Assembly (NCBI RefSeq): GCF_006345805.1
Contig: NC_043001.1
Span: forward strand, 104,780,001 to 104,844,000
Source of the DNA: Octopus sinensis
Lineage: Eukaryota
Reading direction: 5' to 3'
DNA: 64,000 nt
Made by a program: the position numbers and the translations under genes. Within the stretch, counting starts at the first letter, position 1, and every line of letters begins with the position of its first letter. Below the pieces are notes generated by a model. It was not told the DNA's origin. It saw only the letters and a list, made by a program, of their open reading frames with translations, and did no database searches. Positions 51,691-64,000 of the stretch are shown in pieces.

Positions 51691-52909
51691 ATATGCAACC
51701 AATATTTTTTGTTTTCCCCCCAGAAGGCTGTGCGCTGGAAGAATCGTTGAGCTGCCGGACAAAATGCTTAGCAGCATTTTCTCCAACCCTGATTTAGATT
51801 AAGTTTTGATTCTTTTATTTTTCATTTCGGTATGTAGTCTTACTAATTTGTAGGAAGTAAGGTCTCGGTCAAAATTAGAGGTAAGTCGCTTCTTTCATTT
51901 ACAAGTTGAGTTTAACTTGGTTTAGATGCGCTGCCGTTACATTTAAAAATGCCGAGAAATACCAATCAAATCCCTAATTTCCCCCACTTTTTTTTTTCAT
52001 AAGAAACGTTCTGTAATTCACTTAAATCGCAGCTTCTTGATTTTGCAAACTTCATTTTCTAAATGTTTTAAAGTCCACAAAATAAGGTTCTCTAATCGAT
52101 AATACGGGATCGTGTGAATTCTAAAGTTTACAGAAAAGAATTAATAAAATCCAAGCATAGTGAAATGGCTACTCACGGAAATTGAAACCCATCTGTTTTG
52201 TCTTTTAGCTATACATCAAAGAAAGAAGTAAGGATTTCTTACATTGGTTAGTCTGAAGTAATTTAATTATTCGGGAAAAAATACAACCAATTAAGTATTC
52301 ATTTATATATTACTGCGCCGACCCACAGCGGTGGCATTTAAAGTTTAAACGAGAAAAAGTGTCTTAACTAAATTTCATTTCTGTCAATCCACCGCTCCCC
52401 TGTAGAAAGATGACGATTATAAAGTTGTTGATTGAAGGACTCACAACAAAGCGGAGGCCTTTCACCAAATTCTATAAATTATTATTATGATTCTCAGCAG
52501 AGAAAATTATTTGCAGTTCTTAGCTACCTGCCTTATATTTCGATTTCAAATCCTCTCTGGATCGAATCTGCTGTTCATATTTCGGGATTTGACAAAATGA
52601 GGACCACTTGGACTCTAGGTGGTTTTTTAATCGACGAAGACCACACAAACACACGCACATATGCACACTGGCATCAAATTCCAGCGAGGCCTGACTTCAG
52701 ATTCTACAGAGTATCTTTTATCAGTAAATTTTTCGGGTTTCTGAGTCACTTTAATCGACTTTACAAACCTTGAGCAAATGATCAAAATCCTATTAAAATA
52801 TTCGTGATGTTGGCTGTAAAAACATGGATCACTGCTATAACATTAATTACGAGTCTTGAGTAGTAGACAAAATGGAAATTAGATTGATTACAATAATTAC
52901 ATTTCTGAT

Positions 52910-53305
52910 TAAAGCGGCGAACTGGCAGAATCGTTAGCACGCCGGGCGAAATGCTTAGTCGTATTTCGTCTGCGGTTACGTTCTGAGTTCAAATTCCACC
53001 GAGGTCGACTTTGCCTTTCATCCTTTCAGGGTCGATTAAATAAGTACCAGTTACGTACTGGGGTCGATGTAAACGACTTAATCCGTTTGTCTGTCCTTGT
53101 TTGTCCTCTCTGTGTTTAGCCCCTTGTGGGTAATAAAGAAATAGGCATTTTTTCCGTCTTTATGTTCTGAGTTCAAATGCCAACTTTGCCTATCATCTGC
53201 CTTTCAGGAAGGATAAAATTAAGTACCTGTTGCGTACTGGGGACGATGCAATCGACTTAAGCCCTCCGCCCGAAATTGCTGGCTTGAGCCACACATTCCA
53301 AACCA
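52910..53305 (+). mobile_element. SINE family A, full copy plus adjacent partial copy
   Basis: Full copy 52910-53142, degraded partial copy 53144-53305. Confidence 0.85.
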
Positions 53306-53907
53306 GTAATCACGATTCTGATTACTTGGACGAAAACCATTTGTTCTATGAAAATTGTTTTAAGCCTAATTCTGTAATTGCGTGATTCTACAACCACTCT
53401 CAAGTCACAACAACCCCGTTTACCACTATTGTGTTATATCAAGTGGAAGTAGTGTAGATATTAATAATGCTTTTGGGAATCTTTAACTGGTAGTACTAGT
53501 GGCAGTGTCGCTGGTGGTTGCATGGTCGAGACTGATTATTGCACCAATCCACCCGTTTCACAGCCAAGTGAAGAAACGGCTTTTGACATCGTAAATTGAC
53601 AGATCGCTAAATTAGTCACTCCATCCACTGAAAGCCGCTGTCATATCTCTCTGAGGACATTAACATTTGATAGTTCGCTTCTAAATAGATGTTTGTTCAA
53701 TTAAATGGTGTTAAAGTAAGTAAAGATTTTCATACAATGTGTCGGACGTTATCATAAATTACGCACATATAAGACGCAAATATAAGGTTGTCAATCAAAC
53801 GAGAAATATTTAAATAGTCAGTTAGCAGTTATGAGACTTTGAGGTTCCTTATAGATGCATCATACTATGAAAAATCACGACGAAATCTGTGTTTATTCAG
53901 TCACAGG

Positions 53908-54240
<333 letters not shown>

Positions 54241-54254
54241 GTGTGTATAAATAT

Positions 54255-54602
54255 ATCTCTTTTATTCTTTTACTTGTTTCAGTCATTTGACTGTGACCAT
54301 GCTGGGGCACTGCCTTTTTAGTCGTGCTAATCGACCCCAGGACTTATTCGTTGTAAGCAAGCCTAGCACTTATACTATCGGTCCCTTTTGCTGAACCGCT
54401 AAGTTACGGGGACGTAAACACACCAACATACATATATACGACGGGATTCTTTCAGTTTCCGTCTATCAAATCTACTCACAAGGCTTTGGTCGGCCCGTGG
54501 CTATAATAGAAGACACTTGACTAAGGTGCCACGTAGTGGGACTGAACCCGGAACCATGTAGTTGGTAAGCAAGCTGCTTACCACACAGCCACTGCTACGC
54601 CT
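54255..54602 (-). mobile_element. SINE family B
   Basis: Head and tail motifs. Confidence 0.85.
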
Positions 54603-54663
54603 ACCCACACAGCTACACACACACACACACACAGACACACACACACACACACACAAACACATA

Positions 54664-54828
<165 letters not shown>

Positions 54829-55629
54829 AAGAAAATAAGACAAAGTAGAAAATGCTAAAATAATTTTATTATGAAAAACATTTTAGTACTGGTTTCAGTC
54901 TTTGCGACATTTTCAACTTAGTATCAAGCATGAAAAACAATTAAATTGTGGAAAAATCAATTGAAATGTTTTAAAATATATCTGCATATTCATAAGAGTA
55001 AGCTATCCAAAACTTCAATATAAATTACAAATACATGCATGGAATATGTTAACCGGGCAGAGAGATTATCGTACAAAGTGTAAGACTAATCTTTATCAAA
55101 GCACAGTAGTATATAATCTTGAAATGAGTGACCCTGTGTGGTCTTGGCCGTGATGGCTAAAACACTATAAATGTCTAATGAATTATATGACCTTAAACTT
55201 CACAGAGAGTTCATCATTTAATTTAAGTATGAGTTTTCTGCGAAGCTTGCTTTTCTGCTAAATATGTTGCCCGTAATGTCGCTTTAGCCGATTATGTGTA
55301 CGTATGAAAGTCGTTTCCCACTGAGATTTACTGCAGTAAAATAATTATCTGTCAGAGTTCAACGACCTGCTATTAATTACACTCAAAATTACCATGGATT
55401 TAATCCTCAATATTTATACATCAATTTTCTACTTGTATCATGGATAAAGAAATTTTTTACTCAAGGTAATATACACCTCATTCTCAGCTATTCTGTAAGA
55501 GACTTTATGCATAACTTCTTAATCACTTATTTACTATAAACATAAAAAGCCCTGAAATTGTGTTTGAATTATAAATTACATCCTCTGGAGTGATACCACA
55601 TGTTTCACTTGTGTTAATTCTGTCATTCA

Positions 55630-56338
<709 letters not shown>

Positions 56339-56546
56339 GTGAAATAGAAAGATGAATAATCTTGTTGTAGATTAATCAAAAGTTTAACCGATACCTTAGT
56401 AGCAAAAATCACAGCAGTAAACAGCACGGTTGGAGGTACAACCATCTGGCGTTGCAACCGTGCGTTGGTGCGGATAATTGAAATTAAAACATTATTGGAG
56501 AATTGAAGAAATGGAGCTGAACGCAGATTGAACAGAAATCGTTTTA

Positions 56547-56636
56547 TTTCATTCTACACGTGTTTCGAAAGGCACAAATTACCAAAATCCGATTGAATAA
56601 TGGGACCATATTGTGTCTTTCTCTTCAGGAAGAAAA
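56547..56636 (-). ncRNA. Minimal type I hammerhead ribozyme motif, mirror copy
   Basis: Reverse complement of 58010-58099 in the left arm of the long palindrome. Confidence 0.75.
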
Positions 56637-58009
56637 AAGGAAATCCGTTGGAAGAACAAAAACAGAACAGAGGCGGAGCAAAAAACAAATCGAACTGTGC
56701 TCCTAAGAGCCCATGGCGAAACTGTTTATCAGTGTATGTTGAGAACGGTGGCTGAAGAATTCAACGGGTCAGGCATCGGTCAATCATGTGGGTGAGGTGT
56801 ATAGATGTTCTTTGTGACCGAGAATAAAGTTCTGACTATTTAAGGAATATTGGATGTTTTATAAGGGGCGAGAAAAAATCTACTTAGAGACGTGTGTGTG
56901 TGTATACTGTTCTATATATGTGTGTGTTGGCGTAGGGGTAGAAAACATTTTTTGTGTACGTGTGTGCGTTTGATCGTTCGGCTGTCAGTGGCTACTGCCG
57001 TGATAACCGTTGGGTGGCAGAAAGAAAAAAAATAAAAAATATATATATATTATGTTTTATGTGTGGTGTGTTCATCTAAGCCTGCCTTGTCAAGGAAACC
57101 CCCCGCTGTGAGAAAACCAAGCCCCGTTTGTCTTACAGGAGTAATTCCCCTTGCAGTGGTTAATCGTAGATATCTTAAAGGCTATTTCAGAATTTGTTAC
57201 CAAGGGCTATGGGTGCCGGTATTATTATAAACGCTATTTAAAGGCCAGATAAGTGTAACGCCGCCAATGGGGGCATCGAAAAGCCGACTGTAAGAGCCCG
57301 TTTACCATCCGGCCTCTGTTTTGTTTGCCAGAGGCCGGATGGTAAACGGCTCTTACAGTCGGCTTTTCGATGCCCCATTGGCGGCGTTACACTTATCTGG
57401 CCTTTAAATAGCGTTTATAAATAATACCGGCACCCATAGCCCTTGGTAACAAATTCTGAAATAGCCTTTAAGATATCTACGATTAACCACTGCAAGGGGA
57501 ATTACTCCTGTAAGACAAACGGGGCTTGGTTTTCTCACAGCGGGGGGTTCCTTGACAAGGCAGGCTTAGATGAACACACACACACATAAAACATAATATA
57601 TATATATTTTTTATTTTTTTCTTTCTGCCACCAACGGTTATCACGGCAGTAGCCACTGACAGCCGAACGATCAAACGCACACACGTACACAAAAAATGTT
57701 TTCTACCCCTACGCCAACACACACATATATAGAACAGTATACACACACACACGTCTCTAAGTAGATTTTTTCTCGCCCCTTATAAAACATCCAATATTCC
57801 TTAAATAGTCAGAACTTTATTCTCGGTCACAAAGAACATCTATACACCCTCACCCACATGATTGACCGATGCCTGACCCGTTGAATTCTTCAGCCACCGG
57901 TTCTCAACATACACTGATAAACAGTTTCGCCATGGGCTCTTAGGAGCACAGTTCGATTTGTTTTTTGCTCCGCCTCTGTTCTGTTTTTGTTCTTCCAACG
58001 GATTTCCTT

Positions 58010-58099
58010 TTTTCTTCCTGAAGAGAAAGACACAATATGGTCCCATTATTCAATCGGATTTTGGTAATTTGTGCCTTTCGAAACACGTGTAGAATGAAA
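58010..58099 (+). ncRNA. Minimal type I hammerhead ribozyme motif (PLE-type)
   Basis: TTC-CTGAAGA(58018-24)-GAAAGACACAA..TTGTGCCTTTC (11-bp stem II, 1 mismatch)-GAAA-C-ACGT-G-TA-GAA. Intact core, palindromic ACACGTGT stem III, GUA triplet, stem I GAA/TTC extendable. Confidence 0.75.
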
Positions 58100-58819
58100 T
58101 AAAACGATTTCTGTTCAATCTGCGTTCAGCTCCATTTCTTCAATTCTCCAATAATGTTATATATATATATATATATATACAGACGCATATATATTCATAT
58201 GTATATTTTATTTACATGTGAATGTTTGACAAGATTATGAAACAACTGTAAACGAATGGAATAAGCATTTATTTTTTCACCTCGCTTCTATCCTTTCTCC
58301 TACTCTATTCACATGTGTATGTGTATACGTATCCACTGTTACTGTTTGGACCCAGGTCAGTCTCAGACCGAGTTGACCTATAATGAAAAATGTACATTCA
58401 GTCTATGTATATCTGCAACGTCCGGTGTATCTCTTCAAGCTGGCAGTGTGAATTTGAAAGAAGCTATAGAGATAAATCCAGTTGGTCGAACGACCGGATA
58501 GAGGCAGACGCTTTTCTTGCTCTGCGTTCTGTAAATGAATTAATGATGACGTTCCATCATTGATTGCTATAAATGGTTTAGAAAATGAAACCAGTTTTGC
58601 ACTGCCAGACTTAATCTGCTGCTCATTTATAACACCTACGTCTGACATTCAGGGACATTTAGCAGAGTCAACGTTCTTGCAAGCATGTTCACGAAATCTC
58701 ATGTTTCTTCGTCCGTTGTAGCAGCCAGGATAGAAGTTTCTATAGTGTGTTATTGTGTACTGCTTTTACACGTGTGCTGCTCTTACACGCCTGTCTAAAT
58801 CATAAAGACAAAGAAATAG

Positions 58820-58985
58820 GCGAAGGCGTGGATGTGTGGCTAGAAGCTTGCTTCTCAACCACGTGGTTCTCGTTTCAGTATCACTGCGCGGCACCTTGGG
58901 CATGTGACTTCTACTACAACCTTGGGCCGACTAAAGACTTGTGAGTGACTCTGGCAGGCGTAAACTGAAGGAAGCCCATCGAATA
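58820..58985 (+). mobile_element. SINE family B, 5' half
   Basis: Head and CORE-like motif ggcaccttgggca. Confidence 0.75.
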
Positions 58986-59161
58986 TATATATATATACTT
59001 GGGAATGGATGCGTCGCGTTCAATTAAATAATAAATGATAAATAAAATATATAATAAGTATATATAATATAATATTAGATATATATATATATATATATAT
59101 ATACATAATACATTTCTAAATCTCTCAGAGAGATTTCTGGTGTAGTGATACGATAAAATAG

Positions 59162-59577
59162 TTGTATCCTGTCAACTTAATGTGTCAGTCCCATGAAGGG
59201 AATCATACTACTGCTATTTATCCCTAGTAAGCATCAACGCTTCCTGTCAGCCGTGACACATTTCCTGTGTCCTTATGTTTACAAGGGGGAGATAAGCACC
59301 TCCCCCCAGCTAAACCAGCATCCAGAGACTAATTATATGTTTATAAAGGCTAGATAGGCATCTCCAACAAGCAAGCCATACTACTCCAGACTGAAGACGA
59401 GCAATGACTCAGAAACTAATCTCTGGGTGCTAGGTGGAGGTGTTTATCTCCCCCTTGTAAACACAAGGTCACAAGAAATGTGTCAAGGCTGACAGGAAGC
59501 GTTGCTGCTTCCTAGGGTTAAATAGCAGTAGTATTATTCTTTTCATGGGACTGTCACATTAAGTTGACAGCATACAA
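59162..59577. repeat. 416-bp foldback element with ~165-bp inverted arms
   Basis: ttgtatcctgtcaacttaatgtg...ccagagactaatt versus aactaatctctgg...cacattaagttgacagcatacaa; several substitutions and a small indel. Confidence 0.9.
59386..59426 (+). ncRNA. Minimal type I hammerhead ribozyme motif
   Basis: CCAGA-CTGAAGA-C-GAG caatga CTC-A-GAAA-CTAA-TC-TCTGG. 5-bp stem I, intact core, AUC triplet (the mirror arm reads TAGTC, suggesting ancestral ACTAGT/GUC). Confidence 0.6.
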
Positions 59578-59835
59578 TTACTATATATATATATATCAAG
59601 AATTCACAACGACCTCGAACCTACAAGAGTAAATAAGAAAGACAGGGACAGGCAGAAATAAGGAAAATGCCCCTTGTATTTGAACACTATGCAAATATTC
59701 TTTTAAAAAACTTTTCTTTTAATTTTTCTAAATTTAATTGTTTAATTGTTACAGTTGAAAAAGTCACAATGATTGAAACCGGCACTGAAATGTTTTTTAT
59801 AAAATTATTTTAGCATTTTCTATCTTGACTTTTTT

Positions 59836-59871
<36 letters not shown>

Positions 59872-61014
59872 GTAAGTATTCGTGATACACATATTGTGAA
59901 ACTATATTGAGAGCAAGGCAGTATGCATTAAACAAATACATTGTTAACACATATGCTCGTCTTCCTCTAATGACTTTGAACGAAAAGTAGAAACCCTTCT
60001 GTCTTCATCACATGACCTTTAATGAATTTCACCGCTTCACTTACGATACGTGACTTAGAATAATTACGTGTTACAACTACATTGGAGCTGAAAGTAAATT
60101 ACACTAGCTTAACATTAAATTATTGGCTATTTAAATGAATTATAAACGGAATTTTATGCATTTAATTTTTATAATGAATGAGAAGTTGTATAAAATTTTG
60201 TTTAATAGTTTTATTTGGATTTTGTCAGACACTGCTTATCTTTCCTCCAAGTGAACCCGTCCTGGGTATGTAACTATGTATACATAGGGGGAGAAAGAGA
60301 GAAGGATAGAGAAAGAGAAAGAGAGGAGAGGAGAGAGAAAGAGGGAAGGAATGGCGGAATAGGAATAAATCTACCATACAAATCAAACAAGGAATACAAA
60401 TAAGTGAACATTCGAAGCAACAAAAATGGATATATATAGAGAGAGAGATAACAAACCTGTCACTGTTTTTCTGTTGTTTCAATGGAACGGAAGTTTTCCT
60501 CAAGTTTGCATTAAGCTTGAAATGTTCCGACACCCGTGTGCTAATAATGTCCTTTTTAATATCCTCGTGTCATATGTATCAGATTTGAAACCACTCCACC
60601 AGGATGTCCAGTCGTCCAGAGTGACTTTCTTTCTCCCTCTTTTTCGCATCGTCTGGCATTGCTTAAAGGTGCCGTCCAAGAGAGTCGCCAGTGGTGGATT
60701 TGCATCAAGGCAGCGTCGGAGTTCACTCTGAGCCTGTACAGAAACACACCTACTTGAGAACGAGGCACACGCATATACCTGCAATGCGTTCGCGTTCGGC
60801 TTGAGTTACACTCAAGTCAGCATGTGAGCAAGCAGCTTTAACAAGGGCTCCGAACGGGGATCTTCGTCGCGACGTTTTTCATTTTGTTTAGTGTGGGACC
60901 TGTGTCTGTGCATTCGTGCATACAAAAATGCCTCTCGCCTATGGGATTGTGTACGTATGGAAAGTTAGCTAATACACAAGCACACACACACATATATACA
61001 TATAAGTGTGTGTA

Positions 61015-61077
<63 letters not shown>

Positions 61078-61142
61078 GTATATATACGTATGCATATAAA
61101 ATATATATGTATGTATATAATATATAAATGTATATATTCTTT

Positions 61143-61320
61143 TAAACTCTAGGCACAAGGCGCGAAATTTTGGGGGAGTGACAGCCGATGAGATCGACCC
61201 CAGTACGCAACTGGTACTTAATGTATCGACCCCGAAAGGATGAAAGGCAAAGTCAACCTGGCAGAATTTGAACTCAGAACGTAAAGACAGCCCGGCGTGT
61301 TAACGTTTCTGCCAGCTCCT
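61143..61320 (-). mobile_element. SINE family A
   Basis: Shared family A core. Confidence 0.85.
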
Positions 61321-61375
61321 TGTCTTTATATGTATATATCATATATCATACATCACACACACACACACACCACAC

Positions 61376-61418
<43 letters not shown>

Positions 61419-61471
61419 ACATATTTAATATACGTGTATAAATACCTATGTATATATGATGTGTATGCATG

Positions 61472-61522
<51 letters not shown>

Positions 61523-61946
61523 GGCTGTATGCATATATTGCTATGTATTTATAAAGACATAGACGTGTGTATTTATGTGTATGAATATATCTACGTATGA
61601 ATGTATGCATGTGGTGTGTATGTATGCATAGCAGTTAATTAGCAGTGTTGAAAATGGCAGCGCAACTGAAATTAGTAGGCTTTCCGTAGGCAATAAATAT
61701 TCAACAGAGCGAGCAAGCGTGCAGAGGAGCGAGCGAGCGAACCAGTGAAACAAACATGGCAAAAAATTGGCAAATAACTGTTTGAAAGCACAGCATATAT
61801 GGCAGTTAAGGAGCAGGGCATATAACAACAATGAAAGATTCTACAATATGAAATCAAAGAGAACATTGAGAAAACGTGTGTTTGCATATACGGATCTCTG
61901 TGTGTAAGTATGATGTGTGTGCAGAATATACATACATACAACATAC

Positions 61947-61995
<49 letters not shown>

Positions 61996-62100
61996 CACTC
62001 ACACAGGCGTATATACACACAATCGCACACGCGCAAGCGCAAACACACACACACACATATATATATATACACACATATAAATGCATATGTTATGTATTGC

Positions 62101-62160
<60 letters not shown>

Positions 62161-62259
62161 CATTTATATATATATACAAACATATATATATCATACGTTA
62201 TTATATATATATATATGTATGTATGATGTATTATGTTTGTATGTGTATTATATATATAT

Positions 62260-62314
<55 letters not shown>

Positions 62315-62728
62315 GTGAGATGGGGAGAGAGAGAAAGAAGTTAAAAAGGGGGCGAGAAAGGAGCACAGAGATAGAAGGAGAGGGAGAGCTTGAGAAGGAG
62401 GAGAATGTGTGCGTGTGTGTGCGTATGTATGTAAGCGTGTGTGTGTGTAAGGGAGGGAGGGTGAGAAAATGAAACAACTGGGCTGGAATTCAGTTAATCA
62501 ACATAGTTAATTATTTGGAAGAATGGACGATAATAAGTGGTAATTTGCATCCTATAATCGCCGGAAAAAAAAAACGCTTGCTGCTTGTGGCGTTTAGAAT
62601 AGCAATAATCTTGGTGTCACCCTTAACGGTTGGAATTTTCTTCTCTTGATACGACGTATATGTATGTATATAAGTGTCTATATATGTACGAGCGCATATA
62701 TATATATATATATATATATACCCACACG

Positions 62729-62777
<49 letters not shown>

Positions 62778-62820
62778 TATATATATACACATGTATATAT
62801 ATATATTTAAGAATAATACA
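61320..62820. repeat. Microsatellite-dominated region ((TA)n, (CA)n, (TATG)n)
   Basis: Direct inspection; source of many spurious YIYI-type ORFs. Confidence 0.9.
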
Positions 62821-63214
62821 TTTGTAGTAAAGATTGTTTGCCAACATAACATGGCATTCTTGGTTTAGGACTATGTTGCTGTAATTTAGCCCCAGGAGAC
62901 ATCGTCTCCAGTTGGCTATACAACACGATCTGTGTCCTTATACTTTCGAATAAGGGAATCTAGCACCCCAACTCAGCTCAAAACAAGATCTGTGCATCGC
63001 GATTTCCGGCTTATTTCCCTTCATCAGTTAAATTTGTCCTAAACCAGGACTGCCATGTTATGTTGGCAAACAATCTTTACTCCAAAGTACTATTGCTGAA
63101 TATCTCTCGTTGTGAGATTTAAGAATAGTAATTTTCTAATAAATTTGTACTTTACAAATGTATGGAGTAACTCATCAGATTAATATAAAATTGCTTTCAT
63201 TATATGTGAACACA

Positions 63215-63400
63215 AAAGCGGTGAGCTGGCGGAAACGTTAGCACGCCGGGCGAACTACCTAGCAGTATTTCGTCTGTGTTTGAGTCAAATTCCGCCGAGG
63301 TCGACTTTGCCGTTCATCCTTTCGGGGTCGATAAAATAAGTACCTGTTGAATACTGGGGTTGGTGTAATCGACTGGCACTCCCCTTGCCCCAAATTTCAG
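63215..63400 (+). mobile_element. SINE family A
   Basis: Shared family A core. Confidence 0.85.
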
Positions 63401-63571
63401 TGGGATAGATAATCTTTGTTCGTTTAGTATTCGGGTTTATTTTTTGATTTGGTTGAATCTTGGTTGTTTTTTTTTGTTGGTGAGTTATTTTTAGCGTTTT
63501 GACAGAAAAAAAGTCATTCTAACATTGTTTTTCAACGTAAGCATGCCCAAACAAGTCGAATGCTTATAGTG

Positions 63572-63745
63572 ATATGACTGCGGTCATGCTGGAGCACCAC
63601 CCTTAGTCGAACAAATCGACCCCAGGACCTATTCTTTGGAAGCCTAGTACTTATACTATCGGTATCTTTTTGCCGAACCGCTAAGTTATGAGGACGTAAA
63701 CGCACCTACATCGGTTGTCAAGCGATGGTGGGGTGACAAACACAT
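63572..63745 (-). mobile_element. SINE family B, 3' half
   Basis: Tail motifs. Confidence 0.8.
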
Positions 63746-63862
63746 TTATATGATTTTAATTTCGAACATTGGCACAAGTCTAGAAAGCTTGGGGTGGGGG
63801 TGAGGGAAACAGAATGTAAAGAGTATTTTACAGTAATTCTTTCATTTTGTTATGTTCTGTCC

Positions 63863-64000
63863 GAAGGTGGCGACCTGGCAGAGCCCTTCGAGCGCCAAGC
63901 AAAATGCTTAGCGGCACTTCGTCCCTCTTTACGATTTGAGTTCAAATTCAGCCTGGGTCGACTCTACCTTTCATTCTTTCGGGCGGTGGGTCGATAAAAT
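63863..64000 (+). mobile_element. SINE family A (runs off the window)
   Basis: Diverged family A head and core. Confidence 0.7.

Larger units (their letters stand above)
56488..58158. repeat. 1.67-kb near-perfect palindrome (arms ~830 bp, 10-nt loop), probably PLE-derived
   Basis: 56488-57318 is the reverse complement of 57329-58158; loop TTTTGTTTGC. The differences I found are single-base indels. Flanked by (TA)n on both sides (left unit continues to ~56337). Confidence 0.95.

Noticed and set aside
56613-58046. Short ORFs within the palindrome arms (56613-56795, 57483-57752, 57840-58046)
   Set aside because: The mirror copies are frameshifted relative to each other, and no RT, GIY-YIG or other domain motif is present.
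58313-58730. Coding-looking patch downstream of the palindrome
   Set aside because: All frames I checked are interrupted within about 60-80 codons, and no motif was recognised.
62990-63030. CTGATGA..GAAA-TCGCGA-T motif on the minus strand; also 45722-45757, 54885-54920 and 39144-39180
   Set aside because: Partial hammerhead resemblance only (H17=G, missing stem I, or multiple core changes). They are likely relics but not supportable individually.

Overview
AT-rich animal genomic DNA packed with microsatellites and tRNA-derived SINEs. The repeat content resembles octopod cephalopods; this is an inference from pattern recognition, not a database hit. Only one clear host coding exon is present: a 1163-nt minus-strand exon (18010-16848) of a GT10 alpha-1,3-fucosyltransferase (FucTA-like). 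It ends at a GTAAGT donor, and its C-terminal exon was not found in the window. The rest consists of about 45 SINE copies or fragments from 3-4 families, decayed LINEs (CR1/L2-type, RTE-like, Hero/NeSL-like), Penelope-like (PLE) remnants, Tc1/pogo, hAT-Charlie and GG-ended MITEs, and many foldback structures. The main unexpected signal is a set of minimal type I hammerhead-ribozyme motifs (CUGANGA / stem II / GAAA / palindromic stem III / NUH / stem I). Several sit in head-to-head inverted repeats with the ribozyme facing outward. These are a 1.67-kb near-perfect palindrome (56488-58158), a 416-bp foldback (59162-59577) and a 215-bp foldback (12833-13047). All folding and alignment was done by eye. 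Most short ORFs in the supplied track are microsatellite or SINE artefacts. Boundaries of SINE and LINE fragments are approximate.
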